32,000 bases of DNA, from contig OY969902.1 in NCBI GenBank assembly GCA_963704435.1, positions 780,001 to 812,000 on the forward strand, in the 5' to 3' direction. Source of the DNA: an uncultured archaeon (GTDB lineage: Archaea > Micrarchaeota > Micrarchaeia > Micrarchaeales > CABMGC01). A program made the position numbers and the translations under genes. The notes under the pieces were generated by a model. That model made no database searches and had not been told where the DNA came from. It saw only the letters and a list, made by a program, of their open reading frames with translations. Below, piece by piece: positions 1 through 7,946 of the stretch; within the stretch, counting starts at the first letter, position 1, and each line of letters opens with the position of its first letter.

Positions 1-14
1 CTGCATAGCATCAC

Positions 15-1109
15 CTATTGCCAGAAGTCCGATGACATCGCGTCATCGAGCTCACTCTTCAGGATATCTGGCATGTAGCCGTAGACGTTCTCGTACATTG
101 ACCTCGGGTCCGGCTTGAACTCCTTGGCCTTCTCGACCGCCTCGTCTATCTTGGCCAGCTGCTCCTCAGCCATCTTCTTCTCAGAATCATCATTCCAGAG
201 TCCCTTCCCAACGAGATACTTCCTAAGACGGTCTATCGGGTCCTTCTTGGCCCATTCAGCGACCTCGGCGTCTTCCCTGTACCTCGTCGGGTCGTCTGCA
301 GTTGTATGCATGCTCATCCTGTAAGTCACGCACTCTATCAGCGTAGGCCCGTCCTTGGCATTCTCTATCGCCTCTTTTGTCGCCTTGTATACCGCTATCA
401 CGTCGTTGCCGTCGACCTGTATGCACCTTATCCCGGCTGCGATGCCCTTCTGCGCTAGCGTCGCGGCAGCCGTCTGCCTGCTCCGCGGCACGGATATCGC
501 CCACTGGTTGTTCTCTATTATCGTGACGAGCGGCACCTTCCACACGCCAGCGAAGTTGAGCGCCTCGTAGAAATCGCCCTCAGAAGTTCCGCCGTCACCC
601 ACATAGGCGACGACCGCGGAATCCTCCCCGGCGTACTTCATCGCGAATGCCATCCCTGTGGCGTGCGGCATCTGCGTGGATACGGGCACGCATACGCACG
701 TCCCGTTAACGTCTTCGGGGCATCTGCTGCCGTCTTCGAACCCGCGCCAGTATATGAAGAAATTTTCGAGCGGGAAACCGCGGACCAGGAAGACGCCGTG
801 CTGCCTGAAGTTCGGGACGAAGAAGTCCTGTTTCCTCATGGCGAGCGCGCTCCCTATCTGGGTGGCCTCCTCGCCCACCAGCGGCGCATACGTTACAGCT
901 ATGCCCTGCCGCTGCAGGCTGAGCGCCTTGGCGTCCAGCGCCCTTGCAAACAGCATGTACTTCAGCATCTCAGTGAGCTTCGCGTCGTCCAGCTCCTTCG
1001 GAATGAGCGAGACGTTGGGAGTGCCGTTCTCGTCCAGCACCTGGAGATAGTCTATCGATCCCTCAAAGGCCTTGCCTGCCAGCGAAACACCGATTAGCAA
1101 TTGCAACAA
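15..1109 (-). CDS. 2-oxoacid (pyruvate/branched-chain) dehydrogenase E1 component, alpha subunit (TPP-dependent)
   Basis: 364-aa ORF. It has the thiamine-diphosphate motif GDGGTSEGDFYEALNFAGVWKVPLVTIIENNQWAIS (GDG...NN), a YRMSMHTTADDP loop and overall E1-alpha character. The longest start is TTG at 1109, with other TTG/GTG options in the first 25 codons. An ATG at 6..4 (minus), 8 nt after the TAG stop, looks like the E1-beta gene running off the window. Confidence 0.9.
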   Translation of the reverse strand: MLQLLIGVSLAGKAFEGSIDYLQVLDENGTPNVSLIPKELDDAKLTEMLKYMLFARALDAKALSLQRQGIAVTYAPLVGEEATQIGSALAMRKQDFFVPNFRQHGVFLVRGFPLENFFIYWRGFEDGSRCPEDVNGTCVCVPVSTQMPHATGMAFAMKYAGEDSAVVAYVGDGGTSEGDFYEALNFAGVWKVPLVTIIENNQWAISVPRSRQTAAATLAQKGIAAGIRCIQVDGNDVIAVYKATKEAIENAKDGPTLIECVTYRMSMHTTADDPTRYREDAEVAEWAKKDPIDRLRKYLVGKGLWNDDSEKKMAEEQLAKIDEAVEKAKEFKPDPRSMYENVYGYMPDILKSELDDAMSSDFWQ

Positions 1110-1156
1110 AGGGATATATTGATTACTGTGAAGCCAGATCTGCGCCCAGAATAACT

Positions 1157-1169
1157 GTTATTTAATAAC
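1157..1169. promoter_or_regulatory. Palindromic TATA-like element GTTATTTAATAAC between divergent E1-alpha and SET genes
   Basis: Perfect 13-bp odd palindrome. Its centre is 25 nt upstream of the SET ATG (1188), which fits leaderless geometry. An adjacent ATAAC-T-GTTAT palindrome lies at 1151-1161. Confidence 0.4.
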
Positions 1170-1187
1170 GATATGTAATATCCTTCC

Positions 1188-1745
1188 ATGAAAGGAAGCA
1201 AACTTCCCGAATCTGATCTTGAGGTAAGGCCTTCCAAGATATCTGGCAAAGGTATTTTTGCAAAAGTCGATATCAAAAAGGGTCAAACGATTTGCTTTCT
1301 TTCGGGCGAAAGAATATCTTTTGAAGAGGCAATAAAAAGGGGAAACGCTGGGACCGAAAATTTATCCGATTCATTACAAGTAGGCGAAGAGGAGTATATC
1401 GACCTTGACGAATTCTCAAGAATATTTAACCATTCTTGCAATCCAAATTCTTTTATTAGAGGCCAGAGTGAATTAATCGCCCTTAGAGATATAAAACGCA
1501 ACGAAGAGATAACTTACGATTATTCATCTACGATGGACGACAATTATAGGAACGCATCTAGAAGCATATGGACAAATAACTGCAATTGCGGCGCTAAGAA
1601 TTGCAGAAAGTCGATAGATCAATTCAGGGAACTGCCTAGAAAGATACAGGACTTTTATTTAAAGAATAGATACGCGCCCGACTTTATTCTAAGAAAGTTC
1701 AGGCTCAGCCCCCGCCGCTCTCGTATGAACGCATCATGCGGTTGA
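1188..1745 (+). CDS. SET-domain protein-lysine methyltransferase
   Basis: 185-aa ORF with an ATG start. SET motifs are present: GKGIFA, NHSCNPN, EEITYDY, and a post-SET Cys cluster CNCGAKNCR. The gene is about 40% GC against about 60% in the flanks. Its last 41 nt overlap the convergent permease gene. Confidence 0.85.
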   Translation: MKGSKLPESDLEVRPSKISGKGIFAKVDIKKGQTICFLSGERISFEEAIKRGNAGTENLSDSLQVGEEEYIDLDEFSRIFNHSCNPNSFIRGQSELIALRDIKRNEEITYDYSSTMDDNYRNASRSIWTNNCNCGAKNCRKSIDQFRELPRKIQDFYLKNRYAPDFILRKFRLSPRRSRMNASCG

Positions 1746-2499
1746 ACAGCTTGTAGAACGCATATATGAAGAACACCGACAGCGCGAGCAGAGCCACATA
1801 CACCTCAGGGGTAACGTTTCCGAGCAGCACCTGCAGCGGGTAGTAACCCGCTATGCCTATCGGAACGAAGAGCGTGAAGAACAGCTGGGCTATCCCGCCG
1901 TATATCGTGAGGGGGTAGGCAGTCAGCGTATCCATCGTGCCCGTGGCCTGGTTGATGAAGCTGCCGCTCTTCATCAATTTGTAGGACAGCACTGCCAGGG
2001 CCTGAAGGAACATAATCAGCGCCGCCACGCCCAGCAGGTAGAGCGGCAGGAACGCCGCGAATAGCAGCGGTGACAGCTGCAGGTGCTGGGCCGCATATGC
2101 CAGGAACAGGATGCTGCCAACCACGTTGGAGAGCAGCGAATAGACCTGGATGTCGTTGGCGAAGGACAGGTTCAGCACGCTGAGCGGACGGGTCATGTAG
2201 CTGTCCAGCTGCCCGTTCCTCAGGGTGTACGGCACGTGCGACGGGTTCGCTACGAAGCTGGCTATGCCGAACGTGAGCGATATCAGGTATGTGAGGAAGA
2301 GGAGCTGCCAGTAGCTCCACCCCGCTATGCCGCTGGATATGGAATAGATCACGGTTATCGCGATGAAGCTGAAGAACAGCGAAAGCACCGCCTGGCCCAC
2401 CCACAACCAAGCTTGCGTCCTGTACAGGAAGAATATCTTGGTCTTGTAGTAGACCGAGGCCAGGTAGTACGACAGCTCGTTAGATATGTTCGATACCAT
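1705..2499 (-). CDS. ABC-2 type transporter permease (DUF990-like, uncharacterised substrate)
   Basis: Polytopic hydrophobic protein of 264 aa counted from the ATG at 2499. The ORF track extends to 2592, but that part overlaps the upstream gene. The start lies 1 nt after the upstream gene's TGA (2501-2503), which suggests operon coupling. Confidence 0.75.
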   Translation of the reverse strand: MVSNISNELSYYLASVYYKTKIFFLYRTQAWLWVGQAVLSLFFSFIAITVIYSISSGIAGWSYWQLLFLTYLISLTFGIASFVANPSHVPYTLRNGQLDSYMTRPLSVLNLSFANDIQVYSLLSNVVGSILFLAYAAQHLQLSPLLFAAFLPLYLLGVAALIMFLQALAVLSYKLMKSGSFINQATGTMDTLTAYPLTIYGGIAQLFFTLFVPIGIAGYYPLQVLLGNVTPEVYVALLALSVFFIYAFYKLFNRMMRSYESGGG

Positions 2500-2500
2500 G

Positions 2501-3301
2501 TCAGCCACCCGCGGACCCCATGTCCCTTGAGACCCTCTTCCACCAGACATATGCCAGCACCGCAAGCGCAGCTGCCCACGCGAGCGCCACAAGTATCCCG
2601 CTCGTCATCTGGGCGACGCTCAGCGTCCCGAGGAGCGTTGCCACGGGAAGGTAGCACATTACGGGGAAGGGCGAAAGCATCAACAATTGCTGCGCATATG
2701 GGGGGAAGAAGTTCAGCGGCATCATCATCCCCGAAAGCAGCCATGCCACGGTCCAGACCGCAGTGTAGAGTCCGTACACATTCGTGAGGCGTATCGCCGA
2801 CGTCCCTATGAAGAACCCGATCAAGTTCACGATTACCGCGCCCACCAGCACCTCGACGATGAGCAGCGCCAGCGTGGTCAGCGTAAGTGTAAGGTGGAAA
2901 GCGAAGAACGTGAGTGCGAAGAGCGGCACAGCCAGCAGCACCATGTCCACGGCCCCCACTGCAAACGCCCGGGAGAGCACGTTGAGGGGATAGCTCATGG
3001 GCTTCACGCGCGCGGAGGCGACTGCGCCTCCCTGTACATCATCCTGTATCACGTCCGTTACCAGATCATCGATCAGGAGCATGACCGGCATCGTGAGGAA
3101 GAAGTATGCCAGGGTCTCAGGAAGCGTGAATCCGCCGATCGTGGCAGCGCTGGTGTTCAGGTATATGGCTGTCCACACCATCAGCATTATCAATGGCCTG
3201 GCTATCCTGAAGACGAGGTACACCACGTAGTCAGCCTTGTACGCCAGCTGGCTCTTGATTCCAGTCTTGAAAACAGCGATGTACCCTGATGCGTTGGCCA
3301 T
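2501..3301 (-). CDS. ABC-2 type transporter permease (second subunit, DUF990-like)
   Basis: 266-aa polytopic membrane protein. Its ATG at 3301 is 1 nt from the ATPase stop (3303-3305). It is a paralogue-like partner of the downstream permease; both end in a Gly-rich tail. Confidence 0.75.
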   Translation of the reverse strand: MANASGYIAVFKTGIKSQLAYKADYVVYLVFRIARPLIMLMVWTAIYLNTSAATIGGFTLPETLAYFFLTMPVMLLIDDLVTDVIQDDVQGGAVASARVKPMSYPLNVLSRAFAVGAVDMVLLAVPLFALTFFAFHLTLTLTTLALLIVEVLVGAVIVNLIGFFIGTSAIRLTNVYGLYTAVWTVAWLLSGMMMPLNFFPPYAQQLLMLSPFPVMCYLPVATLLGTLSVAQMTSGILVALAWAAALAVLAYVWWKRVSRDMGSAGG

Positions 3302-3302
3302 G

Positions 3303-4295
3303 CTACGCGCCCTTCAGGGGAGGTTTCGCGCGCCGCACCTTGTACAGCTTCATCAGTATCTCGTTCAGGCCCTGCTCGCCCACCTTGTAGTCGGTCACGT
3401 CACCCTTGGACAGCAGGCGCGTGAATCCCTTGCTCGTGAGCGTGCGCGGCTCGACCTCCATCTTTATGTAGTTGCCCTCTACCTCCACGACCTTGCCAAG
3501 CTTCGCGTACTGCAGGTAGTCGGGGGTCTTTCCGAATTCGAGCTCAACCGTCTTCTTGTTGCCGAATAGCGTCTCCAGCCTGCGCCTGGGGCCGTCGAAT
3601 ATCACCCGCCCGTTGTCGAGCGCCAGTATGCGCTCGGCCATGGTTATGTCCTCGATTATGTGCGTCGTGAGCAGGAATGTGGTGCCGTTCTCCTTCCTGG
3701 TCTCCAGTATCGCGGTCCTAAGCGCCTGCTTCGACGGGAGGTCGACGCCTATGGTGGGCTCGTCCAGTATCACCAGCTCGGGCGCGTGCAGCATCGAGGC
3801 CACGAAGTTGCATTTCATCTGCTCCCCGAGCGAGAGGGTGCGCACCTGCCTCTTGTAGACTCCGCGCAGCTCCAGCATGTCGAGGAAGTAGTCCAGCCTG
3901 TTTGCGAAATCCTGGCGGGGAACGTTGTATATGCTCCTCATCAGGTTGAAGCTGTCCAGCGCGGGAAGGTCCCAGTACAGCTGCCCGTGCGCGCCGAGCA
4001 CGATGCCCATGCGCCTGACCAGGTCGATGCGTTGCTCCCATGGGTCGAAGTCGAGTATCCTTGCGCTCCCCGAAGTGGGGAAGAGTATGCCGCACATTAT
4101 CTTTATCAGCGTGCTCTTGCCGCTGCCGTTCTTGCCGAGCAGCGCGACTATCTCTCCCTTGTCCACGGTGAAGCTTACTCCATTCAAGGCGTGCTTGGTG
4201 TAGGACTTCCTCCGGAAAGAGAACAGGTCGGAGCCCTTGCTCTCGTAGGCCTTGAAGTCCTTCTTGATTCCTTTTACAGATATCAGGTGTTCCAT
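3303..4295 (-). CDS. ABC transporter ATP-binding protein
   Basis: Walker A GKNGSGKST, signature LSLGEQMK and Walker B LVILDEPT are present, followed by a C-terminal extension of about 100 aa. I chose the ATG at 4295 (MEHLISVKGIKKDF...). The ORF stays open to a TTG at 4331. Confidence 0.9.
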   Translation of the reverse strand: MEHLISVKGIKKDFKAYESKGSDLFSFRRKSYTKHALNGVSFTVDKGEIVALLGKNGSGKSTLIKIMCGILFPTSGSARILDFDPWEQRIDLVRRMGIVLGAHGQLYWDLPALDSFNLMRSIYNVPRQDFANRLDYFLDMLELRGVYKRQVRTLSLGEQMKCNFVASMLHAPELVILDEPTIGVDLPSKQALRTAILETRKENGTTFLLTTHIIEDITMAERILALDNGRVIFDGPRRRLETLFGNKKTVELEFGKTPDYLQYAKLGKVVEVEGNYIKMEVEPRTLTSKGFTRLLSKGDVTDYKVGEQGLNEILMKLYKVRRAKPPLKGA

Positions 4296-4398
4296 GAGCG
4301 TCAACCCGAGATTGTCCGCGCGGACAAGCAATGCTAACTCGCATTTCTGTGTGGTATGTGTCAGAATAGGAATAAATCCCTTGCGGGCGCGCTTAGTC

Positions 4399-4405
4399 TT
4401 AAAAG
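4399..4405 (+). promoter_or_regulatory. TATA-like box (TTAAAAG) for the NFACT gene
   Basis: Centre is about 26 nt upstream of the ATG at 4428, consistent with a leaderless archaeal mRNA. Confidence 0.35.
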
Positions 4406-4427
4406 CTTCACAAACTCAATGTACTTT

Positions 4428-5573
4428 ATGAGGGACATAGCCTCCCTAGAGGTAAGCGTCGTGGTAGCTGAGCTTCGCGACCGGCTCGCCTCTGCGTTCT
4501 TCAAGAACTTCTACGAGCTGGGCGACGGCGCGTTCCTGCTCGCGCTGTCCAAGGAGCGCAAGGAGACCGACATCTACATCCGGCTCAACAAGACAGTGAA
4601 CGCCACATCGTTCAAGGAGCGGCCCCCCGAGCCGACGCAGTTCGCCAAGTCGGTCAGGGCGAAGCTCAGCGGGACGAGGATGAAGTCCCTGGAGCAGCAT
4701 GGATTAGATAGGATAGTGGTGATGGACTTCGAGGGGTCTGGTGGCGAGAGGCGGCTCGTGATAGAGCTCTTCGGCAAGGGCAACCTGCTCATCGTGGCCG
4801 GCAAGGACAGCATCACCGAGCTCGCCTACCGGAATGTGAGCTTCAGGGAGCGCGAGACCAGGAGGAACATGGTCTACGGCTTCCCCAAGAGCGGGTCCAT
4901 AGGGCCTGAGGAGATGACCCCAGAGGGCGTGGCGCACGTCGTGAAAGAGGTCAAGGGGTCGGAGGGCAAGCTGATATCAGAGCTGTCGAGGCGCATAGGC
5001 ATCGGGCCCATCTACATCGAGGACGTAATAGCGAGGGCGGGCCTGGACCCTAACGCGCCGGCGTCGGGTCAGGACATCGAGCGGAGCGGCATAATCAAGG
5101 AGATCCTAGCGCTGTTCAAAGCAGTTAAGGAGCCGTCGCCCCTGATTTACGTGAGCAGGCCGGACAACGCGTACGTTGACTTCGCGCTACTGCCGCTGCA
5201 GAAGTACAAGGGCAACAACGGCCTTGAGGAAATGGCGTTCCATGGCAAGTCCCAGCTGAACGACCTGCTGGACGAGCTCTACCTGAAGGAGAGGTCAACA
5301 GGCCTGGACAGCGCGAAGGCCGGCAAGATAAAGGAGCTTGAGTCGAGCATAGGCAAGCTTAGGAAACAGGCAGAGGAGCTGGACGGAAAGGCGGCGGAGT
5401 ACGCGGCCATTGGGAACCGGATATTCGAGCGCATGAACGACATCAACGCGCTGATAGCGCAGGCCAGGGAGTCAAGGCCCAAGAGCGCAAAGGACCTAGA
5501 GGGGATGCCAGGCATTATGGTCAAGTCCGTGGACCCCAAAAGCAAAACGATTAAAATAGAGCTTGCAGACTAA
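4428..5573 (+). CDS. NFACT-N/FbpA-family protein (Rqc2/NEMF-like), short form lacking NFACT-R
   Basis: The N-terminus has NFACT-N character (MRDIASLEVSVVVAELRDRL..FFKNFYELGDGAFLLAL...IYIRLN). A helix-hairpin-helix-like segment (SRRIGIGPIYIEDVIARAGLD) and a coiled-coil-rich tail follow. The ORF track starts at 4356, but ATGs at 4419 and 4428 fit the TATA spacing better. Confidence 0.7.
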   Translation: MRDIASLEVSVVVAELRDRLASAFFKNFYELGDGAFLLALSKERKETDIYIRLNKTVNATSFKERPPEPTQFAKSVRAKLSGTRMKSLEQHGLDRIVVMDFEGSGGERRLVIELFGKGNLLIVAGKDSITELAYRNVSFRERETRRNMVYGFPKSGSIGPEEMTPEGVAHVVKEVKGSEGKLISELSRRIGIGPIYIEDVIARAGLDPNAPASGQDIERSGIIKEILALFKAVKEPSPLIYVSRPDNAYVDFALLPLQKYKGNNGLEEMAFHGKSQLNDLLDELYLKERSTGLDSAKAGKIKELESSIGKLRKQAEELDGKAAEYAAIGNRIFERMNDINALIAQARESRPKSAKDLEGMPGIMVKSVDPKSKTIKIELAD

Positions 5574-5591
5574 TACCAGAGGCTGCTTTGA

Positions 5592-6482
5592 ATGATCAAG
5601 ACCGTAATCCTCGGGACTTCGGGCTCCGCGCCCACGAAGGAGCGCCATCTTCCCAGCGTGGTGATGGTGCGCGAGGGCGATATGCTCATGTTCGACTGCG
5701 GCGAGGGTACGCAGTTCCAGATGCTGAAGTACGGGCTCAACGCGGTCAGGATAAAGGCGATATTCATCAGCCACGCCCACGGCGACCACATCATAGGCAT
5801 AGCCGGCCTCGTGAGGACGATGGCCCTGAACTCCAGGAAGGCGCCGCTCTACATCTTCGTGCCCGAGGGCTACGAGAAGACCGTGAACGCGCTGCTGGTG
5901 TTCGACAAGGCGGTCATCCCATACCGCGTAGTTGTTAAGGGCGTCAGGTCTGGCGTAGTGTGCAGGGGGAAGGGCTATTCCGTCACCGCATTCAGGCTGA
6001 ATCACACAATACCCACCTATGGCTACGCGCTGAAGGAGGACGACAGGCTCAGGTTCAACAAGGACTTGGCGAAGCGGTTCGGCATAAAGGGCAGGATGTT
6101 CAAGGAGTTGCAGGAGAAGGGCAAAATAAACATTGGAGGAAGGACCGTGAGGATCGGGCAGCTGACCAGAAAGCAGACGGGAGTGAAGGTAGTGTATGCA
6201 ACGGACACAAGGCCAACAAAGGCGACTGAGATCGCGGCGAAAGGAGCCGACCTGCTGATACATGAGGCAGCGTACTCGGAAGCCGAGAAGAAGCTGGCCG
6301 TGCAGAGGAAACACTCCACATCAAGTGAGGCAGCGGAGCTCGCAAAGAAGGCAGAGGTAAAGAGGCTCGTGCTGACACACGTAAGCGCAAGGCACAGGGA
6401 TGCGTCCGCGCTTCTCATACCTGCGAAGAGGATATTCAGGAACACGTCAGTAGCGAACGACGGCGACACGATAACTGTCTAG
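5592..6482 (+). CDS. rnz: Ribonuclease Z (tRNA 3' endonuclease, metallo-beta-lactamase fold)
   Basis: 296 aa. It has the N-terminal LGTSGSAPT motif, the HxHxDH motif (SHAHGDH), and the C-terminal THVSARH typical of short-form RNase Z. Confidence 0.9.
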   Translation: MIKTVILGTSGSAPTKERHLPSVVMVREGDMLMFDCGEGTQFQMLKYGLNAVRIKAIFISHAHGDHIIGIAGLVRTMALNSRKAPLYIFVPEGYEKTVNALLVFDKAVIPYRVVVKGVRSGVVCRGKGYSVTAFRLNHTIPTYGYALKEDDRLRFNKDLAKRFGIKGRMFKELQEKGKINIGGRTVRIGQLTRKQTGVKVVYATDTRPTKATEIAAKGADLLIHEAAYSEAEKKLAVQRKHSTSSEAAELAKKAEVKRLVLTHVSARHRDASALLIPAKRIFRNTSVANDGDTITV

Positions 6483-6484
6483 TT

Positions 6485-6492
6485 TTTTATAC
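6485..6492 (+). promoter_or_regulatory. TATA-like box (TTTTATAC) upstream of tRNA-Val
   Basis: A/T box centred about 31 nt upstream of tRNA position 1, which is slightly further than the canonical -26/-27. Confidence 0.3.
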
Positions 6493-6519
6493 TATTAGCG
6501 AGCAATCAGATAACCGCAA

Positions 6520-6590
6520 GGAGGCATAGTCTAGTGGTAGGACGGCAGATTGACATTCTGCAAGCCGGGGTCCGATTCCCTGTGCCTCCA
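6520..6590 (+). tRNA. tRNA-Val (anticodon GAC), no encoded CCA
   Basis: Hand-folded 71-nt cloverleaf. Acceptor GGAGGCA/TGCCTCC plus discriminator A. D arm GTCT-AGTGGTA-GGAC. Anticodon arm GCAGA-TTGACAT-TCTGC, giving GAC. Variable loop AAGC. T arm CGGGG-TCCGATT-CCCTG. It is followed by TTTT. The T-loop has C where U55 is expected. Confidence 0.9.
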
Positions 6591-6670
6591 TTTTAACAAC
6601 CTACGATTACCAAGTGGGAGACTTTTCCTTCTTAAAGGGCTATGGTCCGAATATCCCGACCAGCTCAAAC

Positions 6671-7480
6671 CTACTGCCTGAGCTCCAGCAGCATCGCCGA
6701 GTGGTCGCTGAGCCCGGACTCCCTCACTCCGTGCAGGTAGGAGCAGCTACTTACAAAGGGCAGAATGCTATCTGTCGCGAACGCGTGGTCGAAGCGGTAG
6801 CCAATCCCCTCCCTGCTGATCCATGAGTGGTCGGTCTCCTTCGGGTGCATAAGCTTGAACAGGTCGGTGAACCCGTGTTTTCCAAATGCGCTGTAGAAGC
6901 CCTCCATGCCCTTGTACGAGGGGTGGTAGGGGACGTGGTTTGGCTCGAGGAAGTTCATGTCCCCCAAGATCAGCCAGGCCTTGAACTTCCTCCTGATCTT
7001 TGCGTCGGAAATCAGCTCCTCGAACGCGCCCATTAACTCGGCCTGCGTGCTGTGCGCGTGAGGCCCCGGCACGTAGGCGCCGGTCACGAGGACGCTCCTG
7101 CCGAAGAGGTCGCACTCGAGCGACGGGACCCTGTAGGTCAGTTTGGCGATGCGCAAATCCGAGACCCGCTCCGAAACGCCCCTCGCGGCCAGGATGGTGC
7201 AGTAGTCGCCGCCCTCCGGCTTCGGGAAAACGACGGTGTACCCGAGGCTGGCGAGCCTGTCCTTTATGTATGCGCAGCCCCTCGAGTGCTTAGCCTCTGA
7301 CAGCGCGACGATGTCGAAACCTTCCTCCTCCAGCCACACCATCTGCTTCACGGCCCTCTTCAACGACGGGTTCTGTATGTTCCATCCGAGGCACATTATC
7401 GTGTCCGAGCCTGTCGCCTTCCTTTCGGTGGGAGAATCAAGGAATATCTGCTTTCCCGCGCCGGAGACCCTGAAAGCCAT
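6671..7480 (-). CDS. Endonuclease/exonuclease/phosphatase (EEP) family nuclease, ExoIII-like
   Basis: The protein resembles ExoIII at both ends. The N-terminal core reads CLGWNIQN...DIVALSEAK, and it also has GDMNF and the C-terminal GYRFDHAF...LSDHSAMLLEL. Homology suggests the start may be M29 (7396), but the longest ATG is 7480. Confidence 0.8.
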   Translation of the reverse strand: MAFRVSGAGKQIFLDSPTERKATGSDTIMCLGWNIQNPSLKRAVKQMVWLEEEGFDIVALSEAKHSRGCAYIKDRLASLGYTVVFPKPEGGDYCTILAARGVSERVSDLRIAKLTYRVPSLECDLFGRSVLVTGAYVPGPHAHSTQAELMGAFEELISDAKIRRKFKAWLILGDMNFLEPNHVPYHPSYKGMEGFYSAFGKHGFTDLFKLMHPKETDHSWISREGIGYRFDHAFATDSILPFVSSCSYLHGVRESGLSDHSAMLLELRQ

Positions 7481-7489
7481 GCCAAACCG

Positions 7490-7822
7490 CTATTCTATCT
7501 TGTAGACCGCGCTGCCCCGCTGCACGGGATGGTTGACCATTATCCCCACGTCGTCGCCGTCGGACGCCTCACTGACGTCCTTCCTGTCTATCTGCATGCT
7601 AGACACCTTCTGCCTTATCGCTACCTCCTCATTCTCTATCTCTATGGTATCGCCGACCCTCAGCGTGCCGCTGAGCCTTATGGCCGCGACCCCCAGCTTG
7701 CTGAAGAAGTGCTCGACATTGCCGATGGGCGTCCTTTCCATGGCTGCCTTAGGCTGCTGCGCGCCCCTCGCCCTCTCCTCCTTCAGGTTCGCGACCTCCA
7801 TCTCGTTGTCGATGTCGTCCAA
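7490..7822 (-). CDS. Stand-alone EF-Tu domain-2-like beta-barrel protein
   Basis: The core IGNVEHFFSKLGVAAIRLSGTLRVGDTIEIEN...MQIDRKDVSEA..GDDVGIMV resembles translation-GTPase domain II. The start is uncertain: TTG 7822, ATG 7801 or ATG 7741. The stop is 9 nt before the EEP gene ATG. Confidence 0.6.
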   Translation of the reverse strand: MDDIDNEMEVANLKEERARGAQQPKAAMERTPIGNVEHFFSKLGVAAIRLSGTLRVGDTIEIENEEVAIRQKVSSMQIDRKDVSEASDGDDVGIMVNHPVQRGSAVYKIE

Positions 7823-7946
7823 GCAATCACCAACGCCACGCGAATACCATGGCTGCGTGTTTTTATATGCCTTTCAGCGCAGCCTTGCAAGCGAAACATT
7901 TGGCAATCTATTTAAGCTGGACCTGCCAATCTTACCTCGTCAAGCG

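Noticed and set aside
1-14. Start of an E1-beta gene (ATG at 6..4, minus strand)
   Set aside because: Only two codons lie inside the window. The reading is plausible from operon logic but cannot be supported as a feature.
5496-6314. 272-aa ORF antisense to RNase Z. The same pattern occurs at 24281-25060 (antisense to lig), 3660-4337 (antisense to the ABC ATPase) and 17534-18097 (antisense to sufB)
   Set aside because: These are shadow ORFs opposite well-supported genes, with Arg/Leu/Pro/His-rich composition and no motifs.
7533-7946. N-terminal 138 codons of the 266-aa track ORF
   Set aside because: This part overlaps the opposite-strand EF-Tu-domain-like gene and is Ser/Leu-rich. Only the part after the ATG at 7947 looks like a real membrane protein.
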